Both the position numbers and the translations under genes were made by a program. A stretch of 64,000 nt of DNA from Dehalococcoidia bacterium (lineage in GTDB: Bacteria > Chloroflexota > Dehalococcoidia > UBA2979), in NCBI GenBank assembly GCA_965262725.1, contig OZ253555.1:3168001-3232000 (forward strand), in the 5' to 3' direction. The notes under the pieces are model-generated. The model was not told the DNA's origin. It searched no databases and worked only from the letters and a program-made list of their open reading frames with translations. Below, one piece after another: positions 1 to 9,317 of the stretch (within the stretch, counting starts at the first letter, position 1; each line of letters begins with the position of its first letter).

Positions 1-318
1 GTCGTGCGCGACGTAGAGAACGCGACCGGCAACACGGGCTACGACGCGGCGGGCGAGCGCTTCGGCGACATGATGGAGTTCGGGATCATCGACCCGGTCA
101 AGGTGGCGCGCGTGGCGCTCGAGAACGCGGTCTCGGCGGCAGCGATGATGCTCACCACCGAGTCGCTCGTCTCCGACCCGCCTGTGGACCAAGCGGAGGA
201 GGAGGCCGCGGAAGCGGCGATGGCCGCAGCCGCCGCGTCGGGCGGCATGGGCGGCGGCATGCCGGGCATGGGCGGCATGGGCGGCATGGGCGGCGGCATG
301 CCGGGGTTCGGGATGTAG
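1..318 (+). CDS. groEL: Chaperonin GroEL, C-terminal part (5' truncated by window)
   Basis: [27 protein letters not shown] motif and GGM-repeat tail. Confidence 0.97.
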   Translation, partial: VVRDVENATGNTGYDAAGERFGDMMEFGIIDPVKVARVALENAVSAAAMMLTTESLVSDPPVDQAEEEAAEAAMAAAAASGGMGGGMPGMGGMGGMGGGMPGFGM

Positions 319-328
319 CCGGCCCGCT

Positions 329-346
329 GGGAGGCCCCGGCCTCCC
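329..346. terminator. GC-rich hairpin after groEL
   Basis: gggaggc-cccg-gcctccc 10 nt after the stop codon, between convergent genes; no U-tract. Confidence 0.45.
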
Positions 347-400
347 GTCCGGCGCGCGGAGAGCGCGACCCCGCGAACCCCGCCCGCCTCGAGAGGCCTC

Positions 401-1627
401 CTAGCCCCGCGGGAGGCCGAGCCCTCTCGTCGCGATCACGTTGCGCTGGATCTCGAGCGTGCCGCCGCCGATCGAGGCCGCCCGCTCCACGTATCCGTGC
501 GTGAAGCCGGCCTCCATCGCCGCGGTCGGATCCTCGGGGTCCCAGAGATTCGCGTAGAGCCCGAACGCCTTGTTCGCGGTGATGTTCAACCCCTGCTCAG
601 CCTCGTAGCCGACGATCTTCGACACGGAGGCCTCGTAGTTCGGCACGATGCCCCGGCGCTGCATCGTGATGATGCGGAGCGAGAGGTTGAAGAGCACCGC
701 CGCCGCCACGGCCCGCTGCGCCACCTGCTGGCGGAGCGCATCGTAGCGCGACAGCCGCGAGCGGCCCGCGCCCTGCTCGGTGCCGAGGTAGGCGAGGAGC
801 CGGTCGATCTTACGCTGCACCGACATTGCGCCGGTGATGTTGGAGCGCTCGTTGTCCAGGAGCGTCATCGCGACGTACCAGCCGCGGTTCTCCTCGCCCA
901 CCATCTGGTCGGCGGGCACGCGCACGTCCTCGAAGAACTCCTCGTTGAACTCGTGGCCCCAGGCCATGTTGACGAGGGGGTTAATGGTGACCCCCGGCGA
1001 CCGGAGGTCGACCAGGAGGAACGTGATCCCGCGGTGTTTCGGCGCATCCGGGCTCGTGCGCGAGAGCAGCATGATCCAGTCGGCGTAGTGGGCGTGGCTG
1101 GTCCACACCTTCTGGCCGTTGACCACGTACTCGTCGCCATCGCGGACCGCCCGCGTCTGGAGCGAGGCGAGATCCGACCCGGCCCCGGGCTCCGAGAAGC
1201 CCTGCGCCCACACGATGTCCCCGCTCAGGATCGGCGGGAGGAAGCGTGCCTTCTGCTCGCCGGTGCCGTGCACGATGAGAGTCGGCCCCAGCATGTTGAG
1301 CCCGACGTTGCTTGCGGGGGGCGCCACGTTCGCCCGCGCCAGCTCAGCGTTGAGGATGAACTGCTCCATCCACGAGAGCCCGCCGCCGCCGTACTCCGCC
1401 GGCCAGTGCGGCGCCACCCAGCGCTCGGCAGCCACCGCCTCAAGCCACTCCCGGGAGGCACGCTCGCGCTCCGGGTCACCGGACGCCCGGTCCACGGCCC
1501 ACGGGTAGTTGCTCTCCCGGTAGTCGCTCTCCGCGAGATCGCGGTAGCGGACGGGCAGCTTCGACTGCACCAGCTCGCGGACCCGCTGGCGGAACGCCGC
1601 CTCCTCGGTCGTGTCGGACCAGTCCAC
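401..1627 (-). CDS. Acyl-CoA dehydrogenase family protein
   Basis: GFSEPGAGSDLASL, NGQKVWTS, GGGTLEIQRNVIA motifs; GTG start at 1627 preceded by AAGGAGG. Confidence 0.93.
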   Translation of the reverse strand: MDWSDTTEEAAFRQRVRELVQSKLPVRYRDLAESDYRESNYPWAVDRASGDPERERASREWLEAVAAERWVAPHWPAEYGGGGLSWMEQFILNAELARANVAPPASNVGLNMLGPTLIVHGTGEQKARFLPPILSGDIVWAQGFSEPGAGSDLASLQTRAVRDGDEYVVNGQKVWTSHAHYADWIMLLSRTSPDAPKHRGITFLLVDLRSPGVTINPLVNMAWGHEFNEEFFEDVRVPADQMVGEENRGWYVAMTLLDNERSNITGAMSVQRKIDRLLAYLGTEQGAGRSRLSRYDALRQQVAQRAVAAAVLFNLSLRIITMQRRGIVPNYEASVSKIVGYEAEQGLNITANKAFGLYANLWDPEDPTAAMEAGFTHGYVERAASIGGGTLEIQRNVIATRGLGLPRG

Positions 1628-1911
1628 GTCGCCCCTCCTTGCGCGAGCACCCACGCCCGCTCGGGCGCCGCAGATGGTCGCAAGCGGCGCCGCCTGTGTG
1701 GGATGTTACGCTTGCTGATGCCGATCTTGTCGATCGGGGCGGGGTGCCGAAAGCGGGCGGGGATCGCGATCCTGGCGGAGCGAGCGCTCCACTAGGCCGC
1801 TGGCGGCGTTCTAGCTACAATAGCGGTGTCGTGCCAAACACTCCGGCACGCTGGATGAAGGCCGCCAACCGGCCCGCGTCGGCTCGGGAGGCACCAGGGG
1901 GGAGTCCCAGC

Positions 1912-3645
1912 TTGTCAGGTATTGAGTTGATTGCACGGCGCGTGACGCGCCGCGGGTTCTTGCGGGCGTCAGCGCTCGGGGGGGTCGGGCTTGCCACGGC
2001 CGCCGTCATCGGCTGCGGCGACGACGATGACGACGAGCCCGCGCCGGCAGCGCAAGCAACCGCAGCTCCGGCAGCGACGGCAGCTCCGGCAGCGACCGCC
2101 GCTCCGGCAGCGACCGCCGCTCCGGCGGCGACGACCGCTCCGGCAGCGACGGTGGCTCCGACACCCACGGAGGTCGTCAGGAAGTCCGGGAAGATGATCC
2201 CCGCGGTCGTGAACCCCGGCAACACGCTCGACCCGAACTCGACGGCGGGGAGCGTCCAGGAGTTCCACGCGATCTACGACACGCTGACGAGGCTCGATCC
2301 CGTCAGCAACTCGATCATCCCGGCCTTCGCGACCGGGTGGGAGACGGCCCCGGGCGACCCGACCACTTGGATCTTCACGATCCGCGAGGCGGAGTTCTCC
2401 GACGGCGTGAAGATCACGGCGGAGGACGTCAAGTTCTCGTTCGACTACTACGGCAACGCCGACAACAAGTCGAGCCTGAGGTCCCGCGTCAACACCATCG
2501 GCAGCGTCGAGGTGATCGACCCCGTTACGATCGCGCTCAAGACCGCGATCGGGGGCGAGTCTTTGCCGGACCCGATCATCCCGCGCCGCCAGCACCTGGT
2601 CTTCATGCTGCCCAAGCACATCTTCGAGGACCCCTCGAAGGGGAAGGAGTTCCAGGCGGAGCAGGCGGTGGGCAGTGGTGCCTACGTCCCCGGCAACTAC
2701 GTCCCCGGGGCCGAGATCCCGCTCCTCGCGAGTCCCTCGTCGTGGCGCGGCACCAAGGGTCTGGACGACGTTGATCTCAAGGTGATCAAGGAGCAGACGA
2801 CCCGCATCGCTGCGCTCGAGACCGGCGCGATCGACATGACGACCGGGCTCCCGGCACGGGATCTCAACCGCATCGACGGCTTCGACAACATCGTGCTGGG
2901 TCGTAACCCGAGCACGCAGTGGCGCGGCTGGTCGATGGAGTACTTCCAGGACCCGACAAAGGACGTGCGTGTCCGCCGCGCGCTCTCGCACTCGCTCGAG
3001 CTCGACAGCGTCATCGATGAGATCTACTTCGGCCGGGCCGTGAAGATGGACGGACAGCCGCTCACGACCCACACGTTCGGGTACAACCCGGACCTCGAGC
3101 CGTTCGCGTACGACCCGGACCTCTCGCGGCAGCTGCTCGCCGATGCCGGCTACCCGAACGGCTTCGAGACCACGCTCACCTCGCGCGTGGAAGGCAACCC
3201 GGAGTTCGCCTCGCAGGCGCTGGCGGCGGCCGACAACTTCGAGGGCATCGGCGTCAAGACCAAGATCAACAACATCGAGACCGCCACCTGGCGGGACGGC
3301 ATCTACGGCCGGCAGCCGCGAACGCCGCACGTCTACCACATGCCGTTCTCGGCCTTCGTGCTCGCGGACGCCTCGTTCGCCTACTCGTGGCTGCGCAAGG
3401 ATGCCGCGTCGGCGTACTACGACAACCCGAAGTTCGAGTCGAAGTTCGTCGAGGGTCTCACCACGATCGACAATGAAGCCCGCGAGCAGCTCTACCGAGA
3501 GGCGACGGCGGAGCTCAACGCCGACCCGGTCGCGCTGTGGACGATCCATGCGGAGGAGTACCACGCCTGGCGCGAGGACAAGTTCGCCGAGGTGCACCCG
3601 GCCGGTCAGCCGATGGTGTTCTTCGATCAGGTCGTCGTGCTGTAG
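1912..3645 (+). CDS. Tat-exported lipoprotein, ABC peptide/nickel-type (family 5) substrate-binding protein
   Basis: RRGFL twin-arginine motif, lipobox VIGC, PAATAA linker, FSDG..ITAEDVKFS and DVRVRRAL family-5 motifs; TTG start chosen by RBS. Confidence 0.88.
   Translation: MSGIELIARRVTRRGFLRASALGGVGLATAAVIGCGDDDDDEPAPAAQATAAPAATAAPAATAAPAATAAPAATTAPAATVAPTPTEVVRKSGKMIPAVVNPGNTLDPNSTAGSVQEFHAIYDTLTRLDPVSNSIIPAFATGWETAPGDPTTWIFTIREAEFSDGVKITAEDVKFSFDYYGNADNKSSLRSRVNTIGSVEVIDPVTIALKTAIGGESLPDPIIPRRQHLVFMLPKHIFEDPSKGKEFQAEQAVGSGAYVPGNYVPGAEIPLLASPSSWRGTKGLDDVDLKVIKEQTTRIAALETGAIDMTTGLPARDLNRIDGFDNIVLGRNPSTQWRGWSMEYFQDPTKDVRVRRALSHSLELDSVIDEIYFGRAVKMDGQPLTTHTFGYNPDLEPFAYDPDLSRQLLADAGYPNGFETTLTSRVEGNPEFASQALAAADNFEGIGVKTKINNIETATWRDGIYGRQPRTPHVYHMPFSAFVLADASFAYSWLRKDAASAYYDNPKFESKFVEGLTTIDNEAREQLYREATAELNADPVALWTIHAEEYHAWREDKFAEVHPAGQPMVFFDQVVVL
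2056..2160 (+). repeat. 18-bp imperfect tandem repeat encoding an (ATAAPA)n linker
   Basis: About 6 copies of gcgaccgccgctccggca-like unit. Confidence 0.85.
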
Positions 3646-3680
3646 TCCGTCGGCAAGCGCCGACCTACCGGCGAGATGAA

Positions 3681-3710
3681 GAGGGGCCGGCCCCGCGGGG
3701 CCGGCCCCTC
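3681..3710. terminator. Perfect 30-bp palindrome, probable bidirectional terminator
   Basis: gaggggccggccccgcggggccggcccctc between convergent genes. Confidence 0.7.
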
Positions 3711-3737
3711 GGTCGTCCAAGGCTCAAGACACCTCCG

Positions 3738-4541
3738 CTAGCGTCCCACGAATGTCGGCGCGCGCCGCTCCGCCACGGCGGCGCTGCCCTCGCGGATGTC
3801 ATCCGTGCGACCGGAGATGCCCACGTTTGTCCAGGCGTAGCGCAGGTGGTCGCGGATCTCCGGCCGCTCCTCCGCATGGTAGAGCGAGCGCCGAACCAGC
3901 CGGACGGTGAGGGGCGGCCCCGCCGCGATGTTCGAGGCGAGCTCCATCGTCGCCTCCATCAGCTGGTCGTCCGGGACGACCTGGAACACCGCTCCCCACT
4001 CGAGAGCCTGGGCGGCGGACAACTCGCGGTCGGTGTAGTACCACGCCAGCGCACGCTGCAGCCCGACCGCGCGGACAGCGGTCCAGCTCACGCCCACCTC
4101 CGGCGCCACGCCGCGCTTGGTGAACATCGGAATCAACCGCGCCGACTCCGCCGCGATGCGAATGTCCTGCATCAGCGCGAAACCGAGGCCGCCGCCGGCG
4201 GCGACGCCGTTGATCGCCGCGATCGTCGGCTTGTCGATCTCGTACCAGGCCAGGGTGAAGCGGCCGCTGATGCCGATCTCGTCCATCGGGGCGTGGCCGA
4301 ACATCGTCCGGCCCGCGTCGGCGACATCCTTGATATCGAGTCCCGAGCAGAAGCCGCGACCGGTGCCCGTCAGCACGACGCAGCGCACGTCGGGATCCTC
4401 GCGAAGCTCGCCGGGGACGCGCATCAACTCCAGCGCCATGGTGACGTTGAAGGCGTTCAGACGCTCCGGTCGGTTCATGCGGACGACGGCGACGCCGTCG
4501 GTGACGTCGATGGCCAGGTGCTCGTAGTCCTGATAGCTCAC
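3738..4541 (-). CDS. Enoyl-CoA hydratase/isomerase (crotonase) family protein
   Basis: NRPERLNA, FCSGLD, KPTIAAINGVAAGGG motifs. Confidence 0.92.
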   Translation of the reverse strand: MSYQDYEHLAIDVTDGVAVVRMNRPERLNAFNVTMALELMRVPGELREDPDVRCVVLTGTGRGFCSGLDIKDVADAGRTMFGHAPMDEIGISGRFTLAWYEIDKPTIAAINGVAAGGGLGFALMQDIRIAAESARLIPMFTKRGVAPEVGVSWTAVRAVGLQRALAWYYTDRELSAAQALEWGAVFQVVPDDQLMEATMELASNIAAGPPLTVRLVRRSLYHAEERPEIRDHLRYAWTNVGISGRTDDIREGSAAVAERRAPTFVGR

Positions 4542-4632
4542 GCTTCCCCCTCTGTGCGCGCTCCCGTCGAGCGCGGGGGGATTCTAGCGCGCCCTCCGCC
4601 GCGCGCCCGGCCGCCGGTAGCGGCGCCGCCGG

Positions 4633-5193
4633 TCAGCTTGGCGGGGCGGGGAGGCGGGGTGAGCCCTCCGGCGGCTCCAGCTCAAAGGCGTTGAGCGCGT
4701 AGCAGACGAGCGCGTAGTAGCCGAGGAGACCCGTGAGCTCCACGAGACCGCGGTCCCCGAGGCGCATCTTCAGCGCCGCGAAGGTCGGTCCGGAGACGCG
4801 CGTCGTGCCCACGAGCTCGCGCACGTAGCGGACGATCTCCGCCTCCTCATCCTCGAGCCCGTCGAGCGGTGCGCGGCGGCCCACCGCCTCGATCACCTGC
4901 TCGCGGACCGCGGCCTCCCGCGCCAGGCGGACGTGGGAGGCCCAGGCGAAGTCCGCGTTGTGCTCGCGCGCCAGGGCGAGGATGGCCGTCTCGCGCTGGG
5001 CGGGGGTGAGCTCCGAGCCGAAGCGCACGTAGTTCCCGAGCCGCGCGCCGCGCACGGCGAGCGGCGGGCTCGCGAGGAGCACCCCCCACGGGCCCGAGAC
5101 CGAGCCGTCCCGCTCCGCGGCCACGGCGTCCCACGCGCCCTGCAGCTCGGGCGGAGTGCTCTCCCGCTCCGTGTAGTTCGGCAACCGCGGCAC
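4633..5193 (-). CDS. Carboxymuconolactone decarboxylase / AhpD-like protein
   Basis: RETAILALAREHNADFAWASH..AREA and LVELTGLLGYY patterns; GTG start with GGGAGG RBS. Confidence 0.8.
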   Translation of the reverse strand: MPRLPNYTERESTPPELQGAWDAVAAERDGSVSGPWGVLLASPPLAVRGARLGNYVRFGSELTPAQRETAILALAREHNADFAWASHVRLAREAAVREQVIEAVGRRAPLDGLEDEEAEIVRYVRELVGTTRVSGPTFAALKMRLGDRGLVELTGLLGYYALVCYALNAFELEPPEGSPRLPAPPS

Positions 5194-5224
5194 GTCTCCC
5201 CCTCCCGATCGGCGGTGCGTGGAG

Positions 5225-5620
5225 TCAGTCGAGCACTGCGACCGCGTCGACCTCCAGGAGGTACTCGCGGCGGGCAAGCGCCTCCACGCCGAGCAGGGTG
5301 TTCGCCGGCGGGTGGTCGCCAAACATCGCCTGAAGCTCCGGCACCAGCAGGTCGCGCGACTCGGGACGGAAGCCGACCACGTAGATGGTGAGCTTCGCAA
5401 CGTCGGCGGGGGCAGCACCGGCGGCATCGAGGGCCGCTGCAAGGTTCGCGAAGACCTGCCTCGCCTGCGCCCCGAGATCGCCGGGTCCGACGAGCCTGCC
5501 CGCCTGATCCGTCGCCACCTGGCCGGCGACGTAGACCGTGGTCGTTCCCGTCGTCGTGACCACCTGGCTGTAGGCTCCGGTCGGTTGCCGCAGAGCCGGG
5601 GGATTCTGATGTATAAGCAC
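5225..5620 (-). CDS. RidA/YjgF family protein
   Basis: YSQVV, VYVAGQVA, QARQVFANL, PPANTLLGVEALA..LLEVDAVAV. Confidence 0.88.
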   Translation of the reverse strand: MLIHQNPPALRQPTGAYSQVVTTTGTTTVYVAGQVATDQAGRLVGPGDLGAQARQVFANLAAALDAAGAAPADVAKLTIYVVGFRPESRDLLVPELQAMFGDHPPANTLLGVEALARREYLLEVDAVAVLD

Positions 5621-5787
5621 TCTGCGCCGCGCCCTCCCAGCCGCGCCACGATAGCGCCGCCGTACACTGGCGTCGCGGTCGCGCCCGCAGCGTGCGGGGG
5701 AAGCCCACGCTCGGGTGGCCGGCGAAGAGGGCGCAACGGGATCCGTCTCGGACGCAGTGTGGGGCATCCCCCGACGGGCGAACGCCG

Positions 5788-6558
5788 ATGAGCGCGCTGC
5801 TCGAGGTCTCCGGGCTCGTCAAGCGCTTCGGGGGCCACCACGCCGTGGACGGGGCGACATTCGCCATCGCCGAGGGATCGATCACCGGCCTCATCGGTCC
5901 GAACGGCGCCGGCAAGACCACCTGCTTCAACTGCGTCGCCGGATCGCTCGACGCCGACGATGGCCGCGTCTCCTTCGCGGGCGAGGAGATCACGAGGCTT
6001 CCGCCGCACGCGATCTTCCGCCGCGGTCTCACCCGCACCTTCCAGATCCCCCAGGAGCTCGGCGCGATGAGCGTGCTCGAGAACCTCATGCTCGTTCCGA
6101 TGGGACAGACCGGCGAGAGCGTGTGGGAGAGCTGGCTGCGTCCCGGCCGGGTCGCCGCCCAGGAGCGAGAGCTCGTCGAGCGCGCGCACGAGACGCTGGC
6201 ACTGGTGCACCTCGACGGTCAGGCGGAGCAGTACGCCCGCAACCTCTCCGGCGGCCAGCGCAAGCTGCTCGAGCTCGCCCGCGTGCTCATGTCCGAGCCG
6301 AAGATGATCCTCGTCGACGAGCCGAGCGCGGGCGTCAACCCGACGCTGACGCTGCGCCTGCTGGAGTTGGTCCGTTCGCTGCGCGACTCCCGCGCCATCA
6401 CCTTCCTCGTCATCGCACACGACATGGACCTCATCGCGCGCCTCTGCGAGACGCTCGTCGTGATGACCAACGGCCGCGTCCTGACCGAGGGCGACCCTCG
6501 GAGCGTGCTCGAGGATCCCCGCGTGCAGGACGCCTACCTCGGGAGCCAGTACCGGTGA
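5788..6558 (+). CDS. livG: Branched-chain amino acid ABC transporter ATP-binding protein (LivG-like)
   Basis: GPNGAGKTT, RTFQ, LSGGQ, DEP, AYLG. Confidence 0.9.
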   Translation: MSALLEVSGLVKRFGGHHAVDGATFAIAEGSITGLIGPNGAGKTTCFNCVAGSLDADDGRVSFAGEEITRLPPHAIFRRGLTRTFQIPQELGAMSVLENLMLVPMGQTGESVWESWLRPGRVAAQERELVERAHETLALVHLDGQAEQYARNLSGGQRKLLELARVLMSEPKMILVDEPSAGVNPTLTLRLLELVRSLRDSRAITFLVIAHDMDLIARLCETLVVMTNGRVLTEGDPRSVLEDPRVQDAYLGSQYR

Positions 6559-7310
6559 GCGCTCTGCTCGAGGTCGAGGGCGTGAGCGCCGGTTACGGGA
6601 GCGTCACGATCGTCAGCGACGTCTCGCTCGCGCTCGATCGCGGCGAGCTCGCGACGATCATCGGCCCCAACGGGGCGGGGAAATCGACGCTGCTCAAGGC
6701 GATCTTCGGACTGTTGCCCATCACAGCCGGTGTGGTCCGGCTGACCGGCGCCGAGGTGACGCATGCCTCTCCGTCACGCATGGTCGGACTCGGCGTGTCG
6801 TTCGTCCCGCAGACCGACAACGTCTTCCCGTCCCTCACCATCCGCGAGAATCTGGAGATGGGCGGGTACCAGCGGCGCGGGGACCTCGATGAGCGCATCG
6901 ACGAGGTGCTGGCGCTCTTCCCCGAACTCCAGCAGCGGCCCGGGGACGCCGCCTCCAAGCTCTCCGGGGGGCAGCGACAGGCGCTGGCGATCGGGAGAGC
7001 GCTCATGCTCGACCCGGCGGTGCTACTGCTCGACGAGCCCACGGCCGCCCTCTCACCCGCCCGGCGGGGGAAGATCTTCGAGCGACTGCTCGAGGTGCGC
7101 GCGGCGGGCGTCGCGCTCCTGCTGGTGGAGCAGAACGCGCGCGAGGCGCTCGCCATCTCCGATCGCGGCTATCTCATCGTCGACGGCCGAAACGCCCACG
7201 AGCAGCCGGGCCCGGCGATGCTCGACAACGCCGAGGTCGGGCGCATGTTCCTGGGCCTCGAGGAGGTGTCGGGTGGCGACGGGGCCGTCTCCCCGGCGGG
7301 CGGCTCATGA
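6555..7310 (+). CDS. livF: Branched-chain amino acid ABC transporter ATP-binding protein (LivF-like)
   Basis: GPNGAGKST, LSGGQRQ, LDEP, VEQN; GTGA overlap with upstream gene. Confidence 0.9.
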   Translation: MSALLEVEGVSAGYGSVTIVSDVSLALDRGELATIIGPNGAGKSTLLKAIFGLLPITAGVVRLTGAEVTHASPSRMVGLGVSFVPQTDNVFPSLTIRENLEMGGYQRRGDLDERIDEVLALFPELQQRPGDAASKLSGGQRQALAIGRALMLDPAVLLLDEPTAALSPARRGKIFERLLEVRAAGVALLLVEQNAREALAISDRGYLIVDGRNAHEQPGPAMLDNAEVGRMFLGLEEVSGGDGAVSPAGGS

Positions 7311-8215
7311 CCGAGATCGTCCATCTCGCCGTCATCGGCCTGATCGTCGGCTCCATCATCGGGCTCGGAGCGATGGGCCTCACGCTGACCTACGGGATCC
7401 TCCGCTTCGCCAACTTCGCGCACGCCGACCTGATGACTCTCGGCATGTACCTGGCCTTCTTCGTCGTCGTCGACCTGGGGCTCGCGGGCGCGGAGATCGG
7501 CCCGCTCTCCTTCGGCTGGGGGATGATCCCGGCGGCGCTCTTCGCGATCGCGGGCGTCGCGCTCTTCGCGGTTGCCTCGGATCGCATCGTCTTCCGGCGG
7601 CTGCGCGACCGCGGGAGCGGATTCCTGACGCTCGCGATCGCCTCGCTCGGAATCGGGATCATGCTGCGGGCCGCGATTCAGATCATCTGGGGACCCTCCC
7701 AGCGGCGCTACACGACTGGGATCCACGAGGCCTGGACGATCCTCGGGGACGTCAGGATCAAGCCCGATCAGCTGCTGATCTTCGCCCTCACGGCCGCCAG
7801 CGCCGCTCTTCTCTACCTGCTGCTCTACCGGACGCGCCTGGGGACGGCGATGCGTGCGACATCCGACAATCCGCAGCTCGCCGAGGCCTCGGGGATCGAC
7901 ACCGAGCGCATCCGCCAAGCGACGTGGGCGATAGCGGGCGCGCTGATCGCGGTCGCCGGCATCATGCTCGCCCTTCAGTCACAGCTCCGCTTCAACGCCG
8001 GCTTCGAGTTCATGCTGCTGCCGATGTTCGCGGCCGTCATCGTCGGCGGTATCGGAAACCCATGGGGAGCCCTCGCGGGCGGGCTGCTCGTCGGCATCTC
8101 GCAGGAGGTCTCCACAGAGTGGATCGATACGGGGTTTAAGCCGGCGATCCCCTTCGCGATCCTGATCGCGACGCTGATCGTGCGTCCGCGCGGCCTCTTC
8201 GGCTCGTCGATCTAG
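7307..8215 (+). CDS. livH: Branched-chain amino acid ABC transporter permease (LivH-like)
   Basis: GLTLTYGILRFANFAH, GTAMRA, VGGIG motifs; hydrophobic. Confidence 0.9.
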   Translation: MTEIVHLAVIGLIVGSIIGLGAMGLTLTYGILRFANFAHADLMTLGMYLAFFVVVDLGLAGAEIGPLSFGWGMIPAALFAIAGVALFAVASDRIVFRRLRDRGSGFLTLAIASLGIGIMLRAAIQIIWGPSQRRYTTGIHEAWTILGDVRIKPDQLLIFALTAASAALLYLLLYRTRLGTAMRATSDNPQLAEASGIDTERIRQATWAIAGALIAVAGIMLALQSQLRFNAGFEFMLLPMFAAVIVGGIGNPWGALAGGLLVGISQEVSTEWIDTGFKPAIPFAILIATLIVRPRGLFGSSI

Positions 8216-8223
8216 GCGGCGCC

Positions 8224-9273
8224 ATGGAGATGTACGCCGGAGAGCTCCCCGCGCTGATCGCCTTTACGGGCGGACTGAACTGGACGGTCGGCTTCCTGAC
8301 GACGGTGGCGATCTTCGGCATCCTCGCGCTCGGGCTGAACATCCAGTGGGGCTACACGGGGACCATCAATTTCGGGGTGGTCGCCTTCTTCATGGTCGGC
8401 GCCTACACGAGCGCGGTGCTGACGCTCGACCCGCCGCGCGAGTTCGAGAGCTACGTCGGGGGCCTCGAGCTACCCGTCCCCGTCGGCTGGCTCGGCGCGA
8501 TGCTGGCCGGGGCGCTTCTGGCGCTCGCGGTCGGCCTCCCCACCCTGAGGCTGCGGGACGACTTCCTCGCGATCGCGACGATCGGCATCGCGACCATTCT
8601 CCGCAGCATCGCCAACACGCAGGAGGGCCTCGTCAACCGGGCGCGGGGCCTGAACGGGATCCCGCGCCCGCTCCAGGATCAGGCGACCGACGCGGGCCTC
8701 GACTACGACTGGGTGCTGCTCGCGATCGCCGTGCTGGCACTGCTCGCCGTCTATTCCGTCGTCCACCGTGCAACCGCGTCGCCCTGGGGGCGGGTACTCC
8801 GCGCCATCCGCGAGAACGAGGAGACGGCGCGGTCGGTCGGCAAGCCGACGGCGAACTACCGCGTGCAGAGCTTCGTGCTCGGGGGCGTGGTGATGGCGCT
8901 CGCCGGCGCGATCTGGGCGCACCGCACGGGCACTGTCGCCCCGGACGCGTTCGACAACTTCTTCACGTTCCTAGTCTGGACGATGCTCATCGTCGGCGGG
9001 AGCGGCAACAACCGGGGTGCGGTTTTGGGCGCCCTCGCGGTGGGACTCGTCTGGTTCGGCATCCCGCTCGTCCAGGAGGACCTGCCCGACGTGCTCGGGA
9101 CGCGGGTCTTCCAGCTGCGGCAGATGCTGATCGGGCTTGTGATCGTGGTCTTCCTGCTGCTCCGCCCGCAGGGTCTGCTTCCCGAGGAGAAGACGGTGAG
9201 CCGCCACCTGCGCGCGGGCGGCGGGCGGTCATCCCTGAGGCGGCTGCTCAGGCGGAAAACGCCGGGCGGCTAG
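8224..9273 (+). CDS. livM: Branched-chain amino acid ABC transporter permease (LivM-like)
   Basis: GLNIQWGYTG, LRLRDDFLAIATIG, GRVLRAIRENE, RPQGL. Confidence 0.9.
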   Translation: MEMYAGELPALIAFTGGLNWTVGFLTTVAIFGILALGLNIQWGYTGTINFGVVAFFMVGAYTSAVLTLDPPREFESYVGGLELPVPVGWLGAMLAGALLALAVGLPTLRLRDDFLAIATIGIATILRSIANTQEGLVNRARGLNGIPRPLQDQATDAGLDYDWVLLAIAVLALLAVYSVVHRATASPWGRVLRAIRENEETARSVGKPTANYRVQSFVLGGVVMALAGAIWAHRTGTVAPDAFDNFFTFLVWTMLIVGGSGNNRGAVLGALAVGLVWFGIPLVQEDLPDVLGTRVFQLRQMLIGLVIVVFLLLRPQGLLPEEKTVSRHLRAGGGRSSLRRLLRRKTPGG

Positions 9274-9317
9274 CCACCCGGCGCGATCCCCCCGCCGCGG
9301 AACCCAGGCCCGCGATT

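Noticed and set aside
241-315. 9-bp GGCGGCATG repeats
   Set aside because: Ordinary GroEL GGM tail
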